Below are positions 17,092-24,682 of a DNA stretch of 33,032 bases, piece after piece. Under the pieces are notes generated by a model. That model saw only the letters and a list, made by a program, of their open reading frames with translations. It did not search any database and was not told the DNA's origin. Numbering within the stretch: the first letter of the stretch is position 1; every line of letters starts with the position of its first letter. The position numbers and the translations under genes are program-made. Origin of the DNA: a virus (taxonomy: Duplodnaviria > Caudoviricetes); the IMG/VR virus record IMGVR_UViG_3300032219_001774, positions 1 through 33,032 of that record; one strand, given 5' to 3'.

Positions 17092-17765
17092 TCGTCATGC
17101 CAGCAAACGCGACAGGCTGGTTCTGGCACTGTCTTGCACGGGAAACTGGGCGCATTGGGCATCTGTTTTCCCCTGGAGCTCAGCGTGGCCCATGGCCTTG
17201 GTTTCCCTACGCACTGGACAACGGTGCCTTTGCTGCTTGGGATCAGGACGACAACGTGTGGCGCGAAGACCTCTGGGATGTCGAAGCATGGCGTAAGATG
17301 ATTCGGTGGGCAGACGCAAACACACAAAAGCCACAGTGGGCTATCGTTCCTGATTGGATTGGCAGCGGAGAGCGTACCATCGAGCGGTGGTATCAATTCA
17401 AAGATGAAATTCCATTTCAAAAAGCTCTAGCTGTTCAGAATGGCATGGGCGTTGCTCAAGCCAGAGAACTGGAGCCCGATGTCATTTGTGTGGGTGGCAC
17501 CACCGAATGGAAGTGGGCTACCGTTGAAATGTGGGCGAAGGAATTTCCGCGGGTGCATGTGCTGCGCGTCAATTCACCCACAAAACTGGACTGGTTGGAG
17601 CAGCTCGGAGTGGAGTCCTGTGATGGCACAGGGTGGAATCGCGGGGACAAGACGCAAACTTACGGACTAGAAACCTGGGCACGATCCAAGGCACAGCCTA
17701 CGACATCATTGCTAACCACCCACGTTTGCAAGCAGCCGGACAAACAACAGTTGACTTTTCTATGA
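17088..17765 (+). CDS. TGT/DpdA-like (tRNA-guanine transglycosylase fold) protein
   Basis: YALDNGAF, IVPDWIG, VHVL, SCDGTGW match the D-S/N-G-A-F ... D ... H ... D-S/G-S/T-x-W layout of TGT/DpdA-like TIM barrels. Confidence 0.6.
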   Translation: MIVMPANATGWFWHCLARETGRIGHLFSPGAQRGPWPWFPYALDNGAFAAWDQDDNVWREDLWDVEAWRKMIRWADANTQKPQWAIVPDWIGSGERTIERWYQFKDEIPFQKALAVQNGMGVAQARELEPDVICVGGTTEWKWATVEMWAKEFPRVHVLRVNSPTKLDWLEQLGVESCDGTGWNRGDKTQTYGLETWARSKAQPTTSLLTTHVCKQPDKQQLTFL

Positions 17766-18073
17766 GTCCGCATGAACTACATGCCGATTGGTTGAATAAA
17801 CAAAAACTTATGTCAGAAACCACAACAACAACCCGCAAAACCCGTGTCCGCAAGCCCAACGCACCGCACATTACGGCACTGAAACAAGCTGTGAGCAAGG
17901 CGCTTAAGAATGAGTGGCTTTTGCAGCAGGCTCTAATCAAGCACAGTAATGCATGTGATCGCGCTTTGGCCAAAGTGGCCAAGCTCACTTTAGATGCCTG
18001 GGAGTCTTGGCGCGCAGTGCAGGCTCGTAGTGTTGATTGCGCAAACGCGCACAACATGATAAATAAGACGTAA
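17762..18073 (+). CDS. Hypothetical protein
   Basis: ATGA-coupled start at 17762 and TAATG-coupled end. Confidence 0.55.
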   Translation: MSPHELHADWLNKQKLMSETTTTTRKTRVRKPNAPHITALKQAVSKALKNEWLLQQALIKHSNACDRALAKVAKLTLDAWESWRAVQARSVDCANAHNMINKT

Positions 18074-18822
18074 TGGCAAATGTTGTCAGATCGTGGAAAA
18101 GATTCCTCGCCGTGGGATGTTCCCACGGTCACCACGCTGACCAAGCATTGCTCTCCAAGGTGTTAGCGTTTAAGAAACGGTGGAATCCGCACACGACGCT
18201 GCACCTTGGGGATGCCATCGATTTGGCTTGCCTCCGAGCAGGAGCAGCCGGCACTGCCGATGACGCAGTAGATCCCGAGAGTGACCTCAACGATGGGCTC
18301 ACGTTCTTGAGCCGTCTTGAGCCTCAGGTATATCTTCTTGGCAACCATGAGGCCCGGCTCAACACACTGATGGAGTCACCCAGGGCCATAGTCAGCGCAT
18401 TGGCGGCCAGAGTCATGGGCCAGATCACTGACCGGGCAAAAGCCATGCGCTGCGAGGTTGTGGACTACAATTTCCAAAATGGGTGGAGACAGCTAGGCGA
18501 CTGTCTGTTTGGCCATGGATATATGGCCTCTGAGCAGGCTACAAGGGATCACGCTGAGGCTGTGTGTGGTCCAGGTGGAACCACTAAGGTTGTCATCGCT
18601 CACCTACACAGGGTGCAGCAGGCTGAGGGCCGCAACAGAGCGCATCCAACAGGCTACTGTGTGGGCTGGCTGGGGGACAAGGACGCGATGGGATACGCAG
18701 CCAACCGGAGAGCGACGACATCCTGGAGCCGCGGCTTCGCATGGGGCGAGTACTGTCACAACGAAACGATTGTATGGCTGGCAAAAGAGACAAAGACAAA
18801 CGACTTCAGGCTTCCGGTCTAG
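18073..18822 (+). CDS. Calcineurin-like metallophosphoesterase
   Basis: GCSHG (DxH position), LGDAID, GNHE, HG, AHLH motifs. Confidence 0.85.
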   Translation: MANVVRSWKRFLAVGCSHGHHADQALLSKVLAFKKRWNPHTTLHLGDAIDLACLRAGAAGTADDAVDPESDLNDGLTFLSRLEPQVYLLGNHEARLNTLMESPRAIVSALAARVMGQITDRAKAMRCEVVDYNFQNGWRQLGDCLFGHGYMASEQATRDHAEAVCGPGGTTKVVIAHLHRVQQAEGRNRAHPTGYCVGWLGDKDAMGYAANRRATTSWSRGFAWGEYCHNETIVWLAKETKTNDFRLPV

Positions 18823-19031
18823 AGTCCCTAGTGGCAGCACTCAAGCGAGAGTTGGAGGGTGAGCCTGCTCCAGAGGGCTGGTACACTGTGGCGCAGATTG
18901 CCAGCCTGCTGGACATTCACTATCCGGCTGCTGAGAGGTTGGCAGCCAGGAAAAGATGGGAGTGCAAGAAGTTTACTGCGATGACTTCCGACAACAGGAA
19001 GCTGCTGGTCAAACATTATTGGATTAAGTGA
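18774..19031 (+). CDS. Small HTH/excisionase-like DNA-binding protein
   Basis: WYTVAQIASLLDIHYPAAERL helix-turn-helix pattern. Last gene of the + strand operon. Confidence 0.6.
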   Translation: MAGKRDKDKRLQASGLESLVAALKRELEGEPAPEGWYTVAQIASLLDIHYPAAERLAARKRWECKKFTAMTSDNRKLLVKHYWIK

Positions 19032-19033
19032 TT

Positions 19034-19092
19034 TGAAAATGGAAATTCAAATTCAAATTTGGATTTCAAAATTGAAAATCAAAATCAAAATT
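19034..19092. repeat. AT-rich ~6-bp periodic array ((C/G)AAAAT / TCAAAT units)
   Basis: gaaaat ggaaat tcaaat tcaaat ttggat ttcaaaat tgaaaat caaaat caaaat read directly. Confidence 0.75.
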
Positions 19093-19355
19093 GCCCGCCC
19101 ATATACCTGGGTGTGAGCACGCCGGTGGCCCAACCTGGAGCCCGGTGATAGGTGCCTGGAAATGCAGGAATAGGAAAACATGAACCAGGATGCCTGCATT
19201 AAGAAGCATGAATGGCCATTCATGGCCAAACATTCGTGCATTTAAATACATGCAAAAAAATGCATGTGTTTTTGTTACTGCATTCTAATGCATGAATTTT
19301 CCTTCACCCTTTACCAGGCCAGCTCGCTTTTAGGGTGCGTGTGCAATGGCGCAAA

Positions 19356-19394
19356 GGCCAGAGTCAGGGCCAGAGTCGCAGCCAGGGTCAGGCC
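19356..19394. repeat. Three imperfect 12-bp tandem repeats (GCCAGRGTCRSR)
   Basis: gccagagtcagg gccagagtcgca gccagggtcagg. Confidence 0.75.
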
Positions 19395-19477
19395 ATGGCG
19401 AAGGGGGCCAAGGGCGGCGCGAAAGGGAGCGCACAGGCGGAGGCCAAGGGGCAGAGCAGGGGCAGAATCTGGGCAGC

Positions 19478-19510
19478 AAAAAGGGCCCCCTCTTGCGAAG
19501 GGGCCCCTTT
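19478..19510 (-). terminator. Rho-independent terminator of the minus-strand cassette
   Basis: Minus strand GGGCCCCTTC-GCAA-GAGGGGGCCC-TTTTT: 10-bp stem, GNRA loop, U-tract, just after the last minus-strand ORF. Confidence 0.9.
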
Positions 19511-19527
19511 GTGTGTGGAGGGTGGCT

Positions 19528-19593
19528 TCAGTCTCGGAAAAGCACTCTCAGGACGAAGTAGAGGGTCAGAGCCTCGAGTAATCGGTCACTCAT
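19528..19593 (-). CDS. Possible 21-aa hydrophobic peptide (MSDRLLEALTLYFVLRVLFRD)
   Basis: ATG overlaps the upstream gene's end (ATGAGTGA). Ends just before the terminator. Not in the ORF track. Confidence 0.4.
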   Translation of the reverse strand: MSDRLLEALTLYFVLRVLFRD

Positions 19594-19762
19594 ATCTTTG
19601 CGCTTCAAACGTGATCCCGTGACAATGCCCTTGTGAGCCTCCACAGAGCTCAAAGGCCTTTTCCTCTGCGTGCTCCCGAGAATAAGCGCGCACGTACATT
19701 GTATCAGTTTCGCTTGTCCCGTCTAAATAGCGGGATGTGACTGTAACGCGATAGTTTTTCAT
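19586..19762 (-). CDS. Small hypothetical protein (58 aa, MKNYRVTVT...VRAYSREHAEEKA)
   Basis: Translated by hand. ATGA-coupled. Y.V...V.A.S...A...A pattern is common in small phage early proteins. Confidence 0.7.
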   Translation of the reverse strand: MKNYRVTVTSRYLDGTSETDTMYVRAYSREHAEEKAFELCGGSQGHCHGITFEAQRYE

Positions 19763-19935
19763 GCTTCGAACCTGGAATAGACTAGCGCCATAGCTGTGAC
19801 AAGCGCACCTGAAAACGGGAGCGCAAGGGCAAGGGCGGTTTCACCGTCGGGGTAAACGGTGAGCAGCCAAACGTCGAAGGCGGCCAGCGCCAAGCAGGCG
19901 AGCCTAATAAGGGCAGTGTGTTTGCGGGTGTTCAT
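19759..19935 (-). CDS. Small two-helix membrane protein
   Basis: 58 aa from ATG 19935: basic N-terminus and two hydrophobic segments. Confidence 0.65.
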   Translation of the reverse strand: MNTRKHTALIRLACLALAAFDVWLLTVYPDGETALALALPFSGALVTAMALVYSRFEA

Positions 19936-19939
19936 AAAG

Positions 19940-20242
19940 TTATCCAATAAATACAATGTGGCAATATCCAACCGGACGGAGCACGATTTGCTCCCCATAG
20001 CTTTCGCGCTGGCAACGAACACCAGTCAGGCCCAGCTCCGCTTTCACGGCGCGGACTATGCGGCGTTCATAATTGGCGAACGACTCGCCCCACTGGCCGC
20101 GCTCACGAACCTGTACGGTGCCGCGCTTAACCCAACTGTAGTTTGCTTCTCCGCCGAAAGTGTCTGTCATCTCGTAAGCAATAGTCATTTTTCCGGTCAT
20201 TTTACGTTCCTTTACAGTGTCAAAAAATGCTTTCCAGTTCAT
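19940..20242 (-). CDS. Conserved phage hypothetical protein (TDTFGGEANYSWV family)
   Basis: EMTDTFGGEANYSWVKRG and K.ELGLTGVRC motifs. Confidence 0.75.
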   Translation of the reverse strand: MNWKAFFDTVKERKMTGKMTIAYEMTDTFGGEANYSWVKRGTVQVRERGQWGESFANYERRIVRAVKAELGLTGVRCQRESYGEQIVLRPVGYCHIVFIG

Positions 20243-20245
20243 GGC

Positions 20246-20671
20246 TTAGGCGTGCGCGATTGCTACCGTGTAGTTAGTGAGCCCGGCATACTCCGCCAAG
20301 GCCACCAGAGCGCCTTTGATGGCTTGCTCGCCCACTCCTTGTATGCTGTGGGCTAATTTGATGCCTGCACTTTCCAGAGCTTCCGAGATGGCGGCGCTTT
20401 CCTTGTCGTAGCCATAGCCTCCCGCTTTGCCTTTGCCGACTGCGTAGGAGTCTTTCAGGTTGAGCCAAACACAAGCGTAGGCGGTTGACGCTGGCCAGTA
20501 CACGCGCACCGTGGCAACGGCGGGATGGGTGGGCATGCCAGTGTAGGCGCACGGGTACGGCGTGGCGGCCAAATCTAGGATCATGTATTGACGGTGCAAG
20601 CCGTGCTGCTCTTTGCGATATGATCCGAGAGAGCGGGACTGTGGAGTATAGCTGGCTACTGTGTTTTTCAT
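20246..20671 (-). CDS. Conserved phage hypothetical protein (G.G.AGGYGYDK.SAA family)
   Basis: ATG 20671 after an A-rich leader. GKGKAGGYGYDKESAAISEALESAGI. Confidence 0.75.
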   Translation of the reverse strand: MKNTVASYTPQSRSLGSYRKEQHGLHRQYMILDLAATPYPCAYTGMPTHPAVATVRVYWPASTAYACVWLNLKDSYAVGKGKAGGYGYDKESAAISEALESAGIKLAHSIQGVGEQAIKGALVALAEYAGLTNYTVAIAHA

Positions 20672-20750
20672 GCTGTCGTTTTTTAGGATGTTAGGCGGAG
20701 CAGTCTGCTCCCTGCTCGCCCCCCAGGTGAGAGGGCGAGACGGGAACGGA

Positions 20751-20954
20751 CTAGATGGAGTTGAGCACCTGTGCGCGCAGGTCACCGATTACGGCTGCGA
20801 CAAACTCCGCACGGTAGCATGCCGCGGCCCCAGAGCGGATGCTGCGGAGCAGGAAGCGAAGCCGGCTGTAGCGCGCACGATTGCGCACAAGAGCGGCGCG
20901 CTCATGGCGGATTAGAGAGAGGATGGCAAGGAGGTGAGTGTCGGTGGATTGCAT
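20751..20954 (-). CDS. Small Arg-rich hypothetical protein
   Basis: 67 aa from ATG after AACAAACTAAACAACCT. Bounded by intergenic hairpins. Confidence 0.6.
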   Translation of the reverse strand: MQSTDTHLLAILSLIRHERAALVRNRARYSRLRFLLRSIRSGAAACYRAEFVAAVIGDLRAQVLNSI

Positions 20955-21031
20955 AGGTTGTTTAGTTTGTTGGCGATGCCCTATCGGCACCCTACCGCCC
21001 CCCCGTGTAGGAGAGGCGGAATGGGTGCGGA

Positions 21032-21214
21032 TTATTCGGCGTATTCTAGGGGAATACTAAGCTTTGCAGACCAAGCAGCACACACACGAGCCGCGTGCTT
21101 GTCGTTAAAACATGGGATTTCCAGGATGCAGGTCTGAGTGTTCTCTAAAAAGAAGTAGAATGTGCGGCGGATGCGGTTGCGGAGGTTAGAGGAGGAGCGG
21201 AGTGTTCTTGTCAT
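21032..21214 (-). CDS. Small hypothetical protein, first gene of the minus-strand cassette
   Basis: 60 aa from ATG 21214, directly downstream of a candidate promoter. Confidence 0.55.
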   Translation of the reverse strand: MTRTLRSSSNLRNRIRRTFYFFLENTQTCILEIPCFNDKHAARVCAAWSAKLSIPLEYAE

Positions 21215-21220
21215 GTCTAG

Positions 21221-21249
21221 AGTATCGGCAGGCTCTCGGAGAAAGTTAA
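21221..21249 (-). promoter_or_regulatory. Candidate sigma70-like promoter of the minus-strand cassette
   Basis: TTAACT-N17-GATACT with upstream T-tracts (21250-21270). ATG lies 7 nt after the -10. Confidence 0.4.
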
Positions 21250-21767
21250 GCAAAAAAGTGAAGAAAAATTAAGCAGAACAGCCGACCAGGTGCGAAGGCA
21301 TGGCAGGCGAGCGGGTGCAGCGAGTAGCGTGCGGGTGCCGGCAGAGCAGCGGGGGCGGGAAATGGTGTAAAGCTGACCGGAGTGGTCAGGATTAAATGCG
21401 TGGAGACACCCTCGCCTCCCGGGCAACGCGCGCGGCCCTCGCCGGCTCTCTCCGCCCCCATGCTCTGCGGCCCCCTGGCCGCCCCGCGGCAGCCCCCGGG
21501 TGCCCCTTTTCCATAACGCCAGACAACGCCAGTAGTATGGAGTCACAGAGAGGCGTTGCTGCCGATTTGGCTCTGCGGTCGGCCCCGCCTTGGCTTGGCG
21601 GCCTGCCCTGGCTCGGCGGCGGCTGGGCCGGCTTGGCTTCAGATCGGAACCGGTAGGGGGGGGAGGGGGTCGCCGCGTCTCTAGGAACTTTAGCTACAAC
21701 TCATCCCCCCACCTGAAAATTTTTGCCCCCCATGGCGGCCCCCTTGCGCCTCTGTGCGCGCACCTGC

Positions 21768-21796
21768 TTGACGGCCTGTTGCCGGCGCGCTACACC
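21768..21796 (+). promoter_or_regulatory. Candidate rightward sigma70-like promoter
   Basis: TTGACG-N17-TACACC upstream of the packaging/structural operon. Confidence 0.35.
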
Positions 21797-21992
21797 TGCC
21801 TGTGACGACGTGTGTATGGCTGGCTAGTAGGGACGCGGGCATGTTGCCCCTGTGGCTTGCGTCACCTTTCCCCTGATTGAGTACCAGGTCTAGGTGGCGC
21901 TAAGTTGCAGCCGGTTTGCATGTGCAGACTGGGCGTCCTTTTGCTGTGTCAGGTGTGTATAAAAATTGAACACTTTGGTTCGTAGTACGGGA

Positions 21993-22502
21993 ATGCGTAT
22001 GAAATTTACAATCCATGAAAAGCAGGTGAGGGCGAAGTTGGGTGCCGATTATGACCTGAGCAAGTACACGGAAGGCGTGGACTACAGGCGGCAGAAGACC
22101 GGGTTTGGCAGCCGTGTCATGTTTAAGGCCGGTTTGTTTGATCTTAACAGCGATCTTAACGACTTAAGTGACGCTCAAGTCAGCTCAAGTGACGTTATGC
22201 CGCAACAAGAGCCAAGTATAATCGCGTTAAGTGTGGTTGATCCCAGTTTAGTGGAACATAAACAGGACAAGTCACCGATCTTAATTAAGGTTGCCGATCT
22301 TAATCAGCCTGAGTCGCCACTTATAACCAGGCCGGCGCTTTTGGACGGGGCCGTGCGAACCGCCAAGGTCGTTAAGAAGCATTTGAACCAGCGTTATGTG
22401 GAGACTGATACGTTGGGAACGGTGTTCGTCGGAGGAAAAGGCCGGCAGGTTAAGCTTAACCAGGTCATCCACGTTAAGAGCGGTAGTCTCTACTTAGTTT
22501 AA
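21993..22502 (+). CDS. Hypothetical protein upstream of terL (possible DNA-binding protein)
   Basis: 169 aa with globular-looking ends (YTEGVDY; RYVETD..G.VFV) and a low-complexity middle carrying DNA repeats. Confidence 0.55.
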   Translation: MRMKFTIHEKQVRAKLGADYDLSKYTEGVDYRRQKTGFGSRVMFKAGLFDLNSDLNDLSDAQVSSSDVMPQQEPSIIALSVVDPSLVEHKQDKSPILIKVADLNQPESPLITRPALLDGAVRTAKVVKKHLNQRYVETDTLGTVFVGGKGRQVKLNQVIHVKSGSLYLV

Positions 22503-22940
22503 GTGTACTTAACTACCAGTAGCTACTTAAGCTAAGTAGTACTTCGTTGCTACCCCTTCGGGCCGTCGGCCCGACCCTTCGGGGTAGCTTAGAGAAGCGA
22601 TATACTTCCGGTAAGCTAGAGCTTGGAGTCTGAGCATAGTACCCCCAAGACTGAGTGTTAGCCACCTAGAATTGGGGGTAGTGCTCATTGAAGCGTCACA
22701 CTTCCGTATAAGTGTCGTTGTCGCGTCGCATATCACAGTCTTTGCCCATGGCTACCCGTTCAGCCTAGCATTGTCTCTATCGCGGACGACTGTGCAGCAC
22801 TCACTGATTCTTGAACATCAGTGATCTTTAATCTCGGTCAAGAGGAATACCGAGAACCATGTCTTCATCCGGTGGGTCCGTGTTTCAGGTTGACCAGCGG
22901 CTACGCGGCGTTCCCTATGTTGGGGCGCAACGCGAACATC
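22503..22940 (+). ncRNA. Putative large structured RNA or cis-element in front of terL
   Basis: At least seven consecutive stems and two cUUCGg loops in an interval with no credible ORF. G-U pairs favour the + strand. Confidence 0.5.
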
Positions 22941-22956
22941 CCAAAAATCCAGTACC

Positions 22957-24678
22957 ATGTCAATGTCAGACGAGCAGAAAGATCGCCTCATCCAGAAGAT
23001 TCTCAAGTTTCCGCTCATTGAGCATCCCTTGATGCCGGCTCCCTCCGAGGAGCAGCGGATGACGATGATCGAGAACGTCGGTCCCGAGGAGGTCATGCGC
23101 CTCTTCCTGATGCGGGAGCAGCGAGTGAAGGCGGAGCTTTCTGACCCTCACCGCTACGGTACGGAACTTGAGTCCTGGAAGGATGCTGACTCAATTCTCA
23201 ACACCCACTCGGAACTGCTCATCCTTGGTGGCAACCGGGCTGGAAAGACTGAGTACGCCGCCAAGCGGATTGCCCAGGCGTTTGTGGGAGCTGACCTCAA
23301 TGGCTTCGCCCCTGACTGGGTGAAAGAGAAGTTCCGCAAGCGTGGCCTAAACATCTGGTGCCTGCACACGACAAACATGACGAGCGTCTCGATGCAGCAG
23401 AACGTCTTTCACAAGTATCTTCCGACAGAACTCAAAGAAGCCAAGCGCAGCCGGACGACTCAGGTTAGCTGGACCCAAAAAAACGGCTTTAGTGACAATA
23501 CCGCGGTCTACAACGGTAACCAGATTTGGTTTCTAAACTACAGCCAGGACATCAAGGTTGTTGAAGGCGGCGAGGTGGACTTTGTGTGGTGCGATGAGCT
23601 TGTGCCAGCAGATTGGCTGGAGACGCTCAAGTACCGCTTGGTCACCCGTAACGGCAAACTGATCGTAACCTTCACGCCGATCCTTGGGTACACCCAGGTT
23701 GTTAAGGAGTTCATCACGACTGCCAAGATTAAGACCTGGAAGCAGAGTGAGCTTCTGCCCAACAACAACGTCATCGGCGTTCCCAAGGGGCACATGCCCT
23801 ACACCGCGGAAGGTGTGTACGGGAAGCACGGCTGTATCTGGTTTCACTCGAAACTGAATCCCTACAACAACTGGGAGCGGATGTGCCAGACTCTCAAGGG
23901 ACGCAGCACTCACGACATCAAGATCCGTGCTTACGGCTGGGCAGACCAGACTGCCGGCAGTCAGTTCCCAATGTTTGGTGAACTAAACGTGTTCACCGAT
24001 AGTGTCACCGATAGATGCCCAGAAGGCACCAACTACATGGTGGCTGATCCAGCCGGAGCCCGAAACTGGTTCATGCTCTGGGCCAGGGTGGACGCACATG
24101 GCACCATCTGGATATACCGTGAGTGGCCGGATCAAAGCTATGGCGAGTGGGCGCTACCGAGTGACAAGCCAGATGGCAGAGCTGGCCCGGCACAGAGAAG
24201 CGGTGCTGGCCGCGGCGTAAACGAGTACACTGAACTAGTCTGGAGCCTAGAAACTCATGCTGACAAACGCGAAGAGATTGCAGAACGATACATTGACCCA
24301 AGAAGCGCAGGAACGGAGACGACGAGCAAGGAGGGTGGCGTCACGCTGCTTGACCTGCTTCTGGACGCTTCTGAACCGCTGTATTTCCTGCCTGCCGCCA
24401 GTGTTTCAGTGGATGAGCGTGTTTTAATCATCAACGATTTGCTTTGCTATAATCGTGAAGCTGACATTGATATTAAGGAAAACCATCCGCGGCTACTGGT
24501 GCATGAGAGTTGCCAGAACCTTATTTACTCACTCAGAGAATGGACCGGGCACGACGGACAGAAGGGAGCCTGTAAAGATCCCATTGACGCTCTTGGGTAT
24601 CTTGTGGTAATGCAGCCTAGCCACACTGGCTCATTTAATAAGCAGTGGCAAAGTGTTAATAAGTGCGGCAGTTATTAA
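22957..24678 (+). CDS. terL: Terminase large subunit
   Basis: GGNRAGKT (Walker A), VWCDE (Walker B), VTFTP (motif C), nuclease domain VADPAG / IYREWP / YIDP / KDPIDAL. Confidence 0.93.
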   Translation: MSMSDEQKDRLIQKILKFPLIEHPLMPAPSEEQRMTMIENVGPEEVMRLFLMREQRVKAELSDPHRYGTELESWKDADSILNTHSELLILGGNRAGKTEYAAKRIAQAFVGADLNGFAPDWVKEKFRKRGLNIWCLHTTNMTSVSMQQNVFHKYLPTELKEAKRSRTTQVSWTQKNGFSDNTAVYNGNQIWFLNYSQDIKVVEGGEVDFVWCDELVPADWLETLKYRLVTRNGKLIVTFTPILGYTQVVKEFITTAKIKTWKQSELLPNNNVIGVPKGHMPYTAEGVYGKHGCIWFHSKLNPYNNWERMCQTLKGRSTHDIKIRAYGWADQTAGSQFPMFGELNVFTDSVTDRCPEGTNYMVADPAGARNWFMLWARVDAHGTIWIYREWPDQSYGEWALPSDKPDGRAGPAQRSGAGRGVNEYTELVWSLETHADKREEIAERYIDPRSAGTETTSKEGGVTLLDLLLDASEPLYFLPAASVSVDERVLIINDLLCYNREADIDIKENHPRLLVHESCQNLIYSLREWTGHDGQKGACKDPIDALGYLVVMQPSHTGSFNKQWQSVNKCGSY

Positions 24679-24682
24679 AGTT

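Noticed and set aside
19053-19622. Several 60-105-aa ORFs on both strands
   Set aside because: They are translations of repeat arrays and the terminator, with low-complexity products.
19859-20356. 165-aa plus-strand ORF
   Set aside because: Overlaps three better-supported minus-strand genes with recognisable motifs, coupling and a terminator.
21217-21805. Short P/R/G-rich ORFs
   Set aside because: Expected by-products of very GC-rich non-coding DNA.
22527-23096. Short ORFs across the terL leader
   Set aside because: No motifs or coupling. The hairpin density is better explained by a structured element.
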